Positions 1 through 9,341 of a stretch of 64,000 bases of DNA are shown here, one piece after another. The stretch is taken from the NCBI GenBank assembly GCA_028281825.1, contig JANQJC010000009.1:8138-72137 (forward strand). Reading direction: 5' to 3'. Numbering within the stretch: position 1 is the first letter of the stretch; each line of letters starts with the position of its first letter. Below the pieces are notes generated by a model. It was given only the letters and a program-made list of their open reading frames with translations. It had not been told where the DNA came from and ran no database searches. Origin of the DNA: Flavobacteriales bacterium. GTDB lineage: Bacteria; Bacteroidota; Bacteroidia; JANQJC01. The translations under genes were made by a program, and so were the position numbers.

Positions 1-2
1 TA

Positions 3-1217
3 CAGAAGGTGGTGATAACGGGTGCAATATCTCATTTGGGTAATGGAACAGTAATAGAGAATAGTACCATAGCCTTTGAAGGTGGCAAAATCACTTATGC
101 TGGGCCTTCTAGTGGCTATACGGTGGGTGGTGATGAGAAAACCATAGATGCCAGCGGTAAGCATGTTTATCCCGGCTTTATAGCTCCCAATACCATTTTG
201 GGATTGGTAGAAATCAACGCGGTGCGTGCTACCAGGGATTTTGATGATGTGGGTAATATCAACCCAAGTGTTCGCTCACTAATTTCTTACAATGCCGAAT
301 CGAAAATTATACCCACCATAAGAACCAATGGTATATTAATAGCCCAAGTAACGCCACGTGGTGGTTTGATATCGGGTACATCATCTATCTTTAGTTTGGA
401 TGGCTGGAACTGGGAGGATGCCGTCTACAAAATAGATGACAGTGTGTGGTTAAACTGGCCTAACATGTTCAATAAACGTGGATGGTGGGCAGAACCTGGC
501 CCGACAGAAAAAAATGACAAGTATGAAGAAGGTATGCAGGTATTGGATGCCTATCTTGCCGAAGCACAAGCTTATTCTACTGGGAAATTTGAGGAAACCG
601 ATCTCAAAATGGAAGCCATGCGCGGTTTGTTTGATGGTAGCCAACGCTTATTTATCAATGCCAGTTTTGCTAAAGAAATAACAGATGCTATTCTACTTAC
701 CAAGAAGTATGGCGTCAAAAACGTCGTAATTGTTGGTGGAGAAGACAGTTGGCGAGTAACAGATATCTTGAAAGACAATAACGTTCCAGTTATAGTGCAA
801 AGGCTGCATGAGTTGCCTGGTAGAAAAGATGATGATATCGACATTACTTTTAAACTGCCTAAGCTACTTCATAATGCGGGTATTCTATATTGCCTGAACT
901 ACGCTGGTGATATGGAAGCTATGGGCGTAAGGAATTTACCATTTACTGCTGGTACCGCGGTAGCTTATGGCTTGACTAAAGAGGAAGCGCTTCAAAGTAT
1001 CACCTTGAATGCTGCGAAAATATTGGGAGTGGATAAAACATTGGGCACTTTAGAACAGGGCAAAGATGCCACATTATTCATATCAACTGGTGATGCATTG
1101 GACATGCGAACCAATAATGTAGAAGCGGCTTTCATACAAGGCAGGCAATTGGATTTAACCAATCATCAGAAGGAGCTTTTCGAAAAGTATAGCGCCAAAT
1201 ACGGCTTCACCAAATAA
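3..1217 (+). CDS. Amidohydrolase family protein (5'-truncated by window edge; metal-binding HxH degenerate)
   Basis: Frame is open to the window edge. IDASGKHVYPGFI start of barrel; C-terminal ITLNAAKILG...GTLEQGKDA typical of amidohydrolases. Confidence 0.8.
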   Translation, partial: QKVVITGAISHLGNGTVIENSTIAFEGGKITYAGPSSGYTVGGDEKTIDASGKHVYPGFIAPNTILGLVEINAVRATRDFDDVGNINPSVRSLISYNAESKIIPTIRTNGILIAQVTPRGGLISGTSSIFSLDGWNWEDAVYKIDDSVWLNWPNMFNKRGWWAEPGPTEKNDKYEEGMQVLDAYLAEAQAYSTGKFEETDLKMEAMRGLFDGSQRLFINASFAKEITDAILLTKKYGVKNVVIVGGEDSWRVTDILKDNNVPVIVQRLHELPGRKDDDIDITFKLPKLLHNAGILYCLNYAGDMEAMGVRNLPFTAGTAVAYGLTKEEALQSITLNAAKILGVDKTLGTLEQGKDATLFISTGDALDMRTNNVEAAFIQGRQLDLTNHQKELFEKYSAKYGFTK

Positions 1218-1223
1218 CAGGCT

Positions 1224-2291
1224 TTGAACAGGGTTTTACAAATCCTTCAAAAAATTGAATCCCTGCAATCAAATAGGGATAAGTACTTCGCTTCTGGATT
1301 GTTCCCAACCTATCGCTTTCATTTGTATTTACCAGGAGTTCAGGCAGATAACAGCATTTTCTCTACGGCTTCTACTGTTTTTGTTCTTCAAAACCTAGTG
1401 CCCTATTTCACTGAGGGGGAAAAGAGCATAGCCTTATCCATATGTAAAAAAGCCATAGCCCGATACGAGGACTACCGCAATAAAGATGGACTGAAAACCT
1501 ACAACTTTTGGAAAACCGATGGCTCTCCTCACTTCCCAAACGGTTGGCTGTTATCAAGGCTCAAAAGCGTTCGTATCCCTGATGATGTAGATGATACGGC
1601 ATTGATTTATATGACTAAACCTTCCCCAAAAGAGGATGTTTTGTGGTTGCAAAAAAAACTAAAGATGCATGCCAACCTCGCATCAAGGCAAATACAAAAC
1701 ACTTTCCCTGAATATATGCAGCTGAAAGCCTATTCTACTTTTTTCGGTAAAAACATGTACATCGAGTTTGACGCTTGTGTACTATGTAATTTGTTGCTCT
1801 TGTTTTACAGAAATGGCATTAAGCTGGATGAATATGGCCAGGCAAGTGTTGAGTACTTATCTGATATAATACGCACCAATAAGCACCTTGATGTTCCTTT
1901 TTATACCGCAGCTTCTTATCCTCAAACTTCGGTTATTCTGTATCATTATGCCCGATTATTGGGTGAGTTTGCAGTAGAAGGCTTATCACAACTAAAGGAA
2001 AAAATTATCTCAGATTTAAAAGCAGAAAGCAAAAGAGCAAAGCCTATGCTTCAACTGTTGGCCCAAACTGCCTTAATGAAGCTCAAGGAGCCAATAAACA
2101 ATCCTATTGAATTACCTCTGGATTATGATTTTGGTAATTTTTACTACTACCATGCGGGCATGCTTACAGCCATTGAGACTCCACTGGCACGTCAATTAGC
2201 CAGACACCAGTTTGTTCATCTAAAATACCGCTGTGAAGCCCATCATTGGGCATTGGTTTTAGAACACGAAGTATTGAGGCAAAATCAATAA
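1224..2291 (+). CDS. Hypothetical protein with DxDDTA motif (terpene cyclase/prenyltransferase alpha-barrel-like)
   Basis: 355 aa ORF in operon position; PDDVDDTA motif. Confidence 0.55.
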   Translation: MNRVLQILQKIESLQSNRDKYFASGLFPTYRFHLYLPGVQADNSIFSTASTVFVLQNLVPYFTEGEKSIALSICKKAIARYEDYRNKDGLKTYNFWKTDGSPHFPNGWLLSRLKSVRIPDDVDDTALIYMTKPSPKEDVLWLQKKLKMHANLASRQIQNTFPEYMQLKAYSTFFGKNMYIEFDACVLCNLLLLFYRNGIKLDEYGQASVEYLSDIIRTNKHLDVPFYTAASYPQTSVILYHYARLLGEFAVEGLSQLKEKIISDLKAESKRAKPMLQLLAQTALMKLKEPINNPIELPLDYDFGNFYYYHAGMLTAIETPLARQLARHQFVHLKYRCEAHHWALVLEHEVLRQNQ

Positions 2292-2334
2292 CTTGTACTC
2301 TTAAACCTTTTGCTTTATCAAGCGTCAAACGTTT

Positions 2335-4221
2335 ATGAAAAAATTATACACCTTCCTCATTTTGGGTTTAGCTCCCATTGCCCTTTTTGCTCAATTACTA
2401 ACCCCACAGGTAGACTCTATCCCGATGAGGGATAACAAGAAGCTTGCTGCTGATATTCATATACCCAGCGGTTGTAACCAATGCCCAACAGTATTGATAC
2501 AAACACCCTATAACCGCATGTTTTACAGGGTAGGTTTACCTTTGGGTATTGGTCAAAATGTAGATAGCAGTGCCTACAATTTTGTGATTGTGGATTGGCG
2601 TGGGTTTTATGGTTCTTCAGGTGCACTCAATGGTGTTCCTAATCGCGGTGAAGATGGTTACGATGTGGTAGAGTGGATTGCTTCCCAACCTTGGTCTGAT
2701 GGGCAAATAGCAACTTGGGGGCCTTCAGCGCTAGGCAAGATACAATTTCAAACAGCTAGGGAAAATCCACCCCATTTGGCGTGTATATGCCCTTTAGTGG
2801 CTGGTCCCCAATTTAATTATAGTGAATATTATCCAGGAGGTGTTTTAAGAACAGAATATGTGGAGCAGTTAGATGCTCTGGGTTTTGGTCTATCCACTAC
2901 TTTATTGGCTAATCAGGTTCATAATGTGACCTGGCAGTTTATAGAAAATCAGAATTATTACCCAAGTGAGATACAGGTGCCGACTTTTATGATAGGAGGT
3001 TGGTACGACCATAATGTAGAGGTAATGCTGGAAATGTTTAGCGGCTTGCAAAGCCAGTCGCCACAAAATGTGAGAGATAAACACAAATTAATGATGGGTC
3101 CTTGGGCACACGGTGGATTTGGGCAGGCACAAGTTGGTGCTTGTATGCAAGGTGAATTAACGTACACAGAAGCCTGTGGTTGGAGCGATTCCCTGGCACG
3201 TGATTTCCTGGATTTTTACTTGCAGGGCAGTCAAAATGGATGGGATATTAATCAGTCAGTAATGTATTTCCAGATGGGAGAGAACAATTGGTATCAGGAT
3301 AATGCTTGGCCAGTGCAAACAGCTTCTCCAGTTAAGTTTTATTTGGATGGAAATAATGGCCTCACTACCACCATTCCATCAACTTCAGGTAGTTCATCAA
3401 CGCTGGTATATGATCCTCGAGACCCTTCACCAACTATTGGTGGGGCAACTTTGCAGCAAGGCTTGTTTCAAGGGCCTGCCGACCAGGCATTCATGGTTGA
3501 GAGCAGGAATGATGTCTTGATTTTTACCAGCGCTCCACTTTTTTCTGATGCCATTATGAAAGGCCCAGCTAGGATAAAACTCTTTGTCTCTTCGGACAGA
3601 ACAGACACTGATTTTGTAGTTCGCATGACAGATGTATACCCTGACGGTAGGTCTATGCTGTTGGCCGAGAATATCCAAAGAATGCGTTTCAGGAATGGGT
3701 TCACTGCTAATGATACATCCTTGATTGTTCCCAACTCTGTTTATGAAATCAACTTTGAATTGCCTGATTTAGCCAATACTTTTATAGCGGGACATAAAGT
3801 AAGGATAGATATTACTTCAAGCAACTACCCCCGCTTTGATTCTAATCTGAACAACGGTATGGCAATGTATGCGGCTGGTGATACCTTGGTAGCAACCAAT
3901 ACAGTGTATCATGAAGCCATCTATCCGTCACATATTGAGTTGCCTCTGGAGAACTATACTTCAATTAGTGAGGTTCAGGATATGGGTTCTTTTGCATTGT
4001 ATCCAAACCCAGCGAATGACATAGTTAAGGTGGCTCTAAGTTCAACTAATACTGTAGAACTGGAAATATTAGACGTTACGGGCAGAAGGGTACATAGCCA
4101 TACTATAACCAATACTCAATCGGTGGATATCAGTACTTCTGAGCTCTTGGCAGGTACTTATTTCGTTAGGCTTAGACAGCAGGATAAAGTGAGTACACAG
4201 AAACTAGTAGTATTGAAATAA
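2335..4221 (+). CDS. CocE/NonD family (S15-like) hydrolase with T9SS type A sorting domain
   Basis: Signal peptide; IPMRDNKKLAADI, TPY, DGYDVVEW..QPWSDG, GPSALG nucleophile, GGWYD, GPWAH, SSNYPRF; C-terminal LYPNPA...GTYFVRL. Confidence 0.9.
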   Translation: MKKLYTFLILGLAPIALFAQLLTPQVDSIPMRDNKKLAADIHIPSGCNQCPTVLIQTPYNRMFYRVGLPLGIGQNVDSSAYNFVIVDWRGFYGSSGALNGVPNRGEDGYDVVEWIASQPWSDGQIATWGPSALGKIQFQTARENPPHLACICPLVAGPQFNYSEYYPGGVLRTEYVEQLDALGFGLSTTLLANQVHNVTWQFIENQNYYPSEIQVPTFMIGGWYDHNVEVMLEMFSGLQSQSPQNVRDKHKLMMGPWAHGGFGQAQVGACMQGELTYTEACGWSDSLARDFLDFYLQGSQNGWDINQSVMYFQMGENNWYQDNAWPVQTASPVKFYLDGNNGLTTTIPSTSGSSSTLVYDPRDPSPTIGGATLQQGLFQGPADQAFMVESRNDVLIFTSAPLFSDAIMKGPARIKLFVSSDRTDTDFVVRMTDVYPDGRSMLLAENIQRMRFRNGFTANDTSLIVPNSVYEINFELPDLANTFIAGHKVRIDITSSNYPRFDSNLNNGMAMYAAGDTLVATNTVYHEAIYPSHIELPLENYTSISEVQDMGSFALYPNPANDIVKVALSSTNTVELEILDVTGRRVHSHTITNTQSVDISTSELLAGTYFVRLRQQDKVSTQKLVVLK

Positions 4222-4283
4222 CGCTCTTTCTTTCCATTCTCGTAAAATAATTTTAATTTCCCTATCCTCAAAACCTCTTTGAT

Positions 4284-5549
4284 ATGGTAGGAAAAATACT
4301 TCTTTCAGTTTTTTCAGGCCTTTTGTTGTTTTTGGCTTCTTTGGCTCAAAGTCCACCAGGTCAGCCTGGTTCAGGCCCTGGTGGTAGTAACTATTCACAT
4401 GCAGATGTAGTCATGCATACATACCCAGGACAGCACAATGGCTTTTTCATTTTTGAGCCTGCTTCACCTACGCCTGACTCAGCCAATGTAGTGGTTTTAA
4501 TTCATGGGCTGGGTTTGGTCAATCCCAATCTATATGGCGGTTGGATTACACACTTGGTAAGAAAGGGAAACATCGTTATCTACCCCAAATATCAAGATGC
4601 ATCAATGACAACTGCTGAAGCCGATTATAATGATAATGTTATCTATGCAATCACCACGGGTCTCGATACATTGGGATTTCCCGGTCATGTGAAACCGCGC
4701 ACCCAAAACCTGGCTGTAGCTGGGCACTCTTATGGTGGTTTAATGACGTCCAACATGGGGATATTAGCTGCAACTTCAGGATTTCCAACCCCAAAGTGTT
4801 TATTCGTTTGCCAGCCTTATAATGATGCGGGCACCAACGTTCGCTTGCCTGATTACTCCGTGATGCCTTCTGATATGAATTTACTGATAATGGTAGGCGA
4901 GAATGATGCTATTGTGGGTTCTACTTTTGGCCGTTTTCTGATGGATTCAACAACTAGTGTAAGTACCACTCATAAAAACTACATTACCCATCACCCCGAT
5001 AATCATGGTAATCCCAGTATAGGCGCAACCCATTTTGAGCCTTGCAGTAAAGACAATGATTATGACACAGGGGAGAGCAACTTTTTCACCATAGCTTGTG
5101 ATGTAGGTACCAAAACTGATGCAGTAGATTATTATGGATACTGGAAGTTATTGGATGCCTTAATGGATTGCTCATTTAACGGGCAAAACTGCGAGTATGC
5201 TTTTGGCGATACACCTGAGCAACGCGGTTTAGGGAAATGGAGTGATGAGCAGCCTGTGGTAGAAATGACAGTAGAGCCCTCCATGGTAGATGGAGTAGAT
5301 GAGCCTATTGGTAGCTTGATTTTTGAGGTATATCCTAATCCTGCTGAAAGTTTTTTGAATATTTCATGGATGGGCTTAAACAAAACTACGGTTGAAATAG
5401 TTGACTTGCTTGGTAAAGTAATCTATACGACTCAGTTTTCAGGAGTGAATAAGGCAAGTATAGAAGTGGAGCAATTGAATAGTGGTACCTATCTCATTCG
5501 GGTGAGTAATAATAGGGAAGAGGGTATCAAAAAGGTTATTGTACAGTAG
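4284..5549 (+). CDS. Secreted alpha/beta hydrolase (chlorophyllase/esterase-like) with T9SS type A sorting domain
   Basis: Signal peptide; HG oxyanion motif; GHSYGG nucleophile elbow; GEND; C-terminal VYPNPA...GTYLIRV. Confidence 0.85.
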   Translation: MVGKILLSVFSGLLLFLASLAQSPPGQPGSGPGGSNYSHADVVMHTYPGQHNGFFIFEPASPTPDSANVVVLIHGLGLVNPNLYGGWITHLVRKGNIVIYPKYQDASMTTAEADYNDNVIYAITTGLDTLGFPGHVKPRTQNLAVAGHSYGGLMTSNMGILAATSGFPTPKCLFVCQPYNDAGTNVRLPDYSVMPSDMNLLIMVGENDAIVGSTFGRFLMDSTTSVSTTHKNYITHHPDNHGNPSIGATHFEPCSKDNDYDTGESNFFTIACDVGTKTDAVDYYGYWKLLDALMDCSFNGQNCEYAFGDTPEQRGLGKWSDEQPVVEMTVEPSMVDGVDEPIGSLIFEVYPNPAESFLNISWMGLNKTTVEIVDLLGKVIYTTQFSGVNKASIEVEQLNSGTYLIRVSNNREEGIKKVIVQ

Positions 5550-5572
5550 AAAGTAAAGAAAAGAGAAGCAGA

Positions 5573-6286
5573 ATGAGGTTTTTATACATTTTCCCACACC
5601 CTGATGATGAGTCATTTGGACCTGTAGGGGCTATTAACAGGCAGTTAAAAGATGGACACGAGGTGTTTTTGTATACCCTCACAAAAGGAGAAGCCACTAA
5701 AGTTAGGTTGCAACTGGGTGTGACCAAGGAAGAGATGGGAGCAATCCGTTTTAAGGAGATGCAGGCAGTTGAAGAGACTCTAGGGTTAACGGGAATGAAA
5801 GTGGATGACCTGCCCGATAGTGGGCTCAAAGAGATGGACCCAAGGATAATCGAGCAAGCAGTCAAAGCGCATATCGAAGCAATTAAGCCTGATATTATCG
5901 TTTCCTATCCTGCGCATGGTATTAGTGGCTTTCATGACCACTTGGTGATGCATGCGGTAATTAAGCGGGTATATCTTGAAATGAAAGACGAAGGCCACGA
6001 CTGCCTCAAACGTCTGGCTTTTATTACCTTGCCTGATGAAGGTGGCGAAACCTGGCAGGACGGGGGTATCCGTTTCAAGCGCTCAGAGCCTGAATTGATA
6101 GATTGCATAATTCCGCTTGATGAAGCAGACAAACAGATGTTAAGGGATTGTCTCTCTTGCTATGAGACTTACAAGGAGACTATTGCAAAGTCAGGAGTGA
6201 TAGAAAAAATAGGTGATAAGGTGTATTTCGAGATATTCGGTGAAGGTTTTAATCCACCCATTAGTGACCTGATTGAAAGACTATAA
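5573..6286 (+). CDS. PIG-L family deacetylase (BshB/MshB-like)
   Basis: PHPDDES, TKGE and HGISGFHDH motifs. Confidence 0.85.
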   Translation: MRFLYIFPHPDDESFGPVGAINRQLKDGHEVFLYTLTKGEATKVRLQLGVTKEEMGAIRFKEMQAVEETLGLTGMKVDDLPDSGLKEMDPRIIEQAVKAHIEAIKPDIIVSYPAHGISGFHDHLVMHAVIKRVYLEMKDEGHDCLKRLAFITLPDEGGETWQDGGIRFKRSEPELIDCIIPLDEADKQMLRDCLSCYETYKETIAKSGVIEKIGDKVYFEIFGEGFNPPISDLIERL

Positions 6287-6324
6287 GTGTTTATTTCTAA
6301 ATTAGCATCCAGATTAAAAAAGCT

Positions 6325-6828
6325 ATGCCTGAGACAAAAACATTAGTACTGGATAAGAAAAAGGTAGCCCAAAAAATTGATAGGATAGCCTATGAGATTT
6401 ATGAGAACAATTATGATGAAAAAGAAATCATCATGGCTGGCATTTCTGGCAATGGTTATGTACTTGCTGAAAAGCTAAGTAAGCGTTTAGAAGAGCTGTC
6501 TCCTCTCAAAGTAAAGTTGGTGAAAATAACTATTGACAAAGTGGCCACACTGCCAGGCAATGCCGAATGTGCACTCACGGATAAGGATATAAAAAACAAG
6601 GTGATTGTGTTGGTGGATGATGTACTAAATAGTGGAAAAACACTTATCTATGCTGCCAAGTACTTCCTTCAAGCACCATTGAAAAGGTTGCGTACCGTTG
6701 TTTTGATTGATAGAGACCACAAGCGTTTTCCAGTAAAAGCAGACTACATCGGCTTATCACTAAGTACTACACTTAAAGAGCATATTTCAGTGGAGTTCGG
6801 TAAAGAAGCTGGTGTTTACCTCCAATAA
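6325..6828 (+). CDS. PyrR-like phosphoribosyltransferase
   Basis: RIAYEIYE, PRPP loop VLVDDVLNSGKT, DRDHKRFPVKADYIG. Confidence 0.85.
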   Translation: MPETKTLVLDKKKVAQKIDRIAYEIYENNYDEKEIIMAGISGNGYVLAEKLSKRLEELSPLKVKLVKITIDKVATLPGNAECALTDKDIKNKVIVLVDDVLNSGKTLIYAAKYFLQAPLKRLRTVVLIDRDHKRFPVKADYIGLSLSTTLKEHISVEFGKEAGVYLQ

Positions 6829-7334
6829 ACCAATTCCTCAATCGTTTTTGCAATTTTATCAGGCTGGGCATTAGCAGCGTTAATTGTAAAATGTGCTTGT
6901 TTATACTGGATTGCTCTTTCACTGAGTTTTCTTTCAATCAGGCTAAGTAGCTCGTCATCGTTAGTAGCACTTTTCAATAACGGCCTCTCCACTTTTGCAT
7001 TTTTAAGTCTATCTTTCAATAAACTGGGTGTAGCCTCAAGGTAAATAGTGAGCCCATTACTATTCATCTTTTCCATATTATCAAAAAAACATGGAGTCCC
7101 ACCACCGGTTGATACAACTACATTGTCAAGGTTAGAAAGCTCTGCAAGGCATTGCTGTTCCAATTTTCTGAATGTGTCTTCGCCTTTGTTTTCAAATAGT
7201 TCGGTTATCTTCGATTGGTATTTTCTTTCAAGGTACTTATCCAGGTCGATAAAGATAAAGTCCAATTGATTGGCTAGCTTTTTGCCAACGGTGGTTTTCC
7301 CACTTCCCATAAAACCAATTAAATAAACAGGCAT
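6816..7334 (-). CDS. aroK: Shikimate kinase
   Basis: IGFMGSGKTT P-loop, DLD, GEDTFR, STGGG, RPLL. Confidence 0.95.
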   Translation of the reverse strand: MPVYLIGFMGSGKTTVGKKLANQLDFIFIDLDKYLERKYQSKITELFENKGEDTFRKLEQQCLAELSNLDNVVVSTGGGTPCFFDNMEKMNSNGLTIYLEATPSLLKDRLKNAKVERPLLKSATNDDELLSLIERKLSERAIQYKQAHFTINAANAQPDKIAKTIEELVYWR

Positions 7335-7340
7335 TTATTA

Positions 7341-8147
7341 CTATTTGAAGGGTGAGCCTGGTTCCTTTACCACGGTTTTGTATACCAACTTGTCAGACAA
7401 CTTGGGAAAAAGCTTATTTATCCAAACTGCCAGTTTACCTTGGGAAGTAAGTATTATCTCTCTTTTTCTACCCCTCACTGCATGGTACATATGTTTGGCA
7501 ACTTCTTCGGCAGTCATAAGCTTTTCTTCATCCAGAGGGGTATCTCCTTGTTTGCTACCGTCGGCTATCAATGCGGCTTTTCTAATGTTAGAGGCTGTAT
7601 ATCCCGGGCAAGCAACCATTACGTGCAGGCCCGTATTTCTATTCTCATTTCTCAATGCATCCAAAAAGCCCTTCATGGCGTACTTGGAGGCTGAATAGCC
7701 TGTCCTTCCAGGCAAACCAACATACCCAGCAATAGATGCCACACCAACTACTGAGCCCTTGCTTTTTATAAGCTCTGGCATAGCATGTTTGGTGCAATAT
7801 ACCGTCCCCCAGAAATTAACGTTCATCAGGCTTCTTATCACTGACAGGTCAAGGTCGGCAAAAGCAGCCCTCATTGAGATGCCAGCGTTATTCAACAGCA
7901 CATCAATCTTTCCGTACTTCTTAATGGTTTCCTGAACCAATCTTTTGCAATCGTCTTCTTGGCTCACATCAACTTGAACGCTAAGGCAATCAATGTCTTC
8001 CTTTTTCAATTCAGCCACTGTTTCTTTAAGTGACTGTTCATTTCTTGCTGCGATGACCACTTTAGAGCCCTTTCGCCCGAATTCAAAGGCGCAAGCCTTA
8101 CCAATGCCTAAAGAACCTCCTGTGATTATGACAACTTTGTCCTTCAT
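7341..8147 (-). CDS. Short-chain dehydrogenase/reductase (SDR)
   Basis: TGGSLGIG, NNAG, YSASK. Start moved to ATG 8147 because TACATTTG (-7 element) lies at 8158-8165. Confidence 0.92.
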   Translation of the reverse strand: MKDKVVIITGGSLGIGKACAFEFGRKGSKVVIAARNEQSLKETVAELKKEDIDCLSVQVDVSQEDDCKRLVQETIKKYGKIDVLLNNAGISMRAAFADLDLSVIRSLMNVNFWGTVYCTKHAMPELIKSKGSVVGVASIAGYVGLPGRTGYSASKYAMKGFLDALRNENRNTGLHVMVACPGYTASNIRKAALIADGSKQGDTPLDEEKLMTAEEVAKHMYHAVRGRKREIILTSQGKLAVWINKLFPKLSDKLVYKTVVKEPGSPFK

Positions 8148-8245
8148 AGTTTCGTCCCAAATGTATAGAAAATAGATACTTATTGCGGACAACGAGTCAT
8201 ACTATTACAAAATGCTTAGTAAATATATTAAGTTTAAGCGCCTGA

Positions 8246-9310
8246 ATGTCAACGCTCATGGGTTCCAGATTAACCACTTTTTTTAAAAACACCTTTTATG
8301 GTTTGTTGGTGTGTGTGATGTTTTTCGCGCTGCTAGAGTTGGTGCTTTTTGTCTTTGGTGTTGACCACAGGCAGCGCAATCTCAAGTTCCAAAATAAATA
8401 TCACGCACTTGAAAACGCACCTGAATTACCTTTAAGTTACCGAACTAAGCTACCCAAAACAGTATGGCATAACCTTATCCATAATGAATTGTGTTACCCT
8501 GATGTGGAATACATATTCAGGGTTAGGGGTAATCCAGATGGCAAGCCTGTGATGGGTTATGAAGGTATTAACGCTAGTGGCTTTAGAGGGGCATTTGACT
8601 TAAGTAATGACAAGCTAAGAATAGCAGTTCTGGGCAACTCCTGTGTGTTTGGTTGGGAGCTACATCAATTGGAAAACACCTTTGCCTATAAGTTGGAACA
8701 AAAGCTAAATAGCGTAGGACAGGAGTGTAGTGTGTTCAATCTTGGACAGCCAGGCTTTAGCACTACTCAATGCCTCAAACTATATAATGAGTGGAAAGAC
8801 AAGATAAAGCCTGATATAGTAATACTCTATACAGGTTGGAATGATGTATGGCCAAGCCCATGGCTCACTGATAAGCAGACCATGCAAGCCCTGAAAGTAA
8901 ACAATACTTGGATAGTTTGCCAACTCAGAAAAATGAGAACTTATGCATTTATGCAAAGGCTCGTACCCGACTTTAATCAAGAAAGCACCGTATCAGACAC
9001 TGCTGGAATGAAAAGGTTAAGGGTACCACTAGAAGAGACACGGGAAAACCTAAGTGAGATAATTGGGCAGACCCAGGCAATCATTATTTTGCCGCCATAC
9101 TGTATCAAGGAGAGGGAAAACATTGAACCTTATAGAGCTATGGTTAAAGAGAGCTTTAGTGAATTAGCTATTGTCAGATTAGATAGTATGGAGATTGCGG
9201 CTCCTAATACTGCGAGCTATTTTACCCAAGATGGTTTTCACCCTAATGAAAAAGGTAGCGAATACATCGCACTTCGACTAGCTGACGAGATAATGCGTTT
9301 AACTGAATAA
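8246..9310 (+). CDS. Membrane-anchored SGNH/GDSL hydrolase family protein
   Basis: N-terminal TM; GNS block I, NLGQPG, GWND, DGFHPN. Confidence 0.85.
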   Translation: MSTLMGSRLTTFFKNTFYGLLVCVMFFALLELVLFVFGVDHRQRNLKFQNKYHALENAPELPLSYRTKLPKTVWHNLIHNELCYPDVEYIFRVRGNPDGKPVMGYEGINASGFRGAFDLSNDKLRIAVLGNSCVFGWELHQLENTFAYKLEQKLNSVGQECSVFNLGQPGFSTTQCLKLYNEWKDKIKPDIVILYTGWNDVWPSPWLTDKQTMQALKVNNTWIVCQLRKMRTYAFMQRLVPDFNQESTVSDTAGMKRLRVPLEETRENLSEIIGQTQAIIILPPYCIKERENIEPYRAMVKESFSELAIVRLDSMEIAAPNTASYFTQDGFHPNEKGSEYIALRLADEIMRLTE

Positions 9311-9341
9311 ACTTTATATTTCCACCTGCAAAGTAAGAGCA

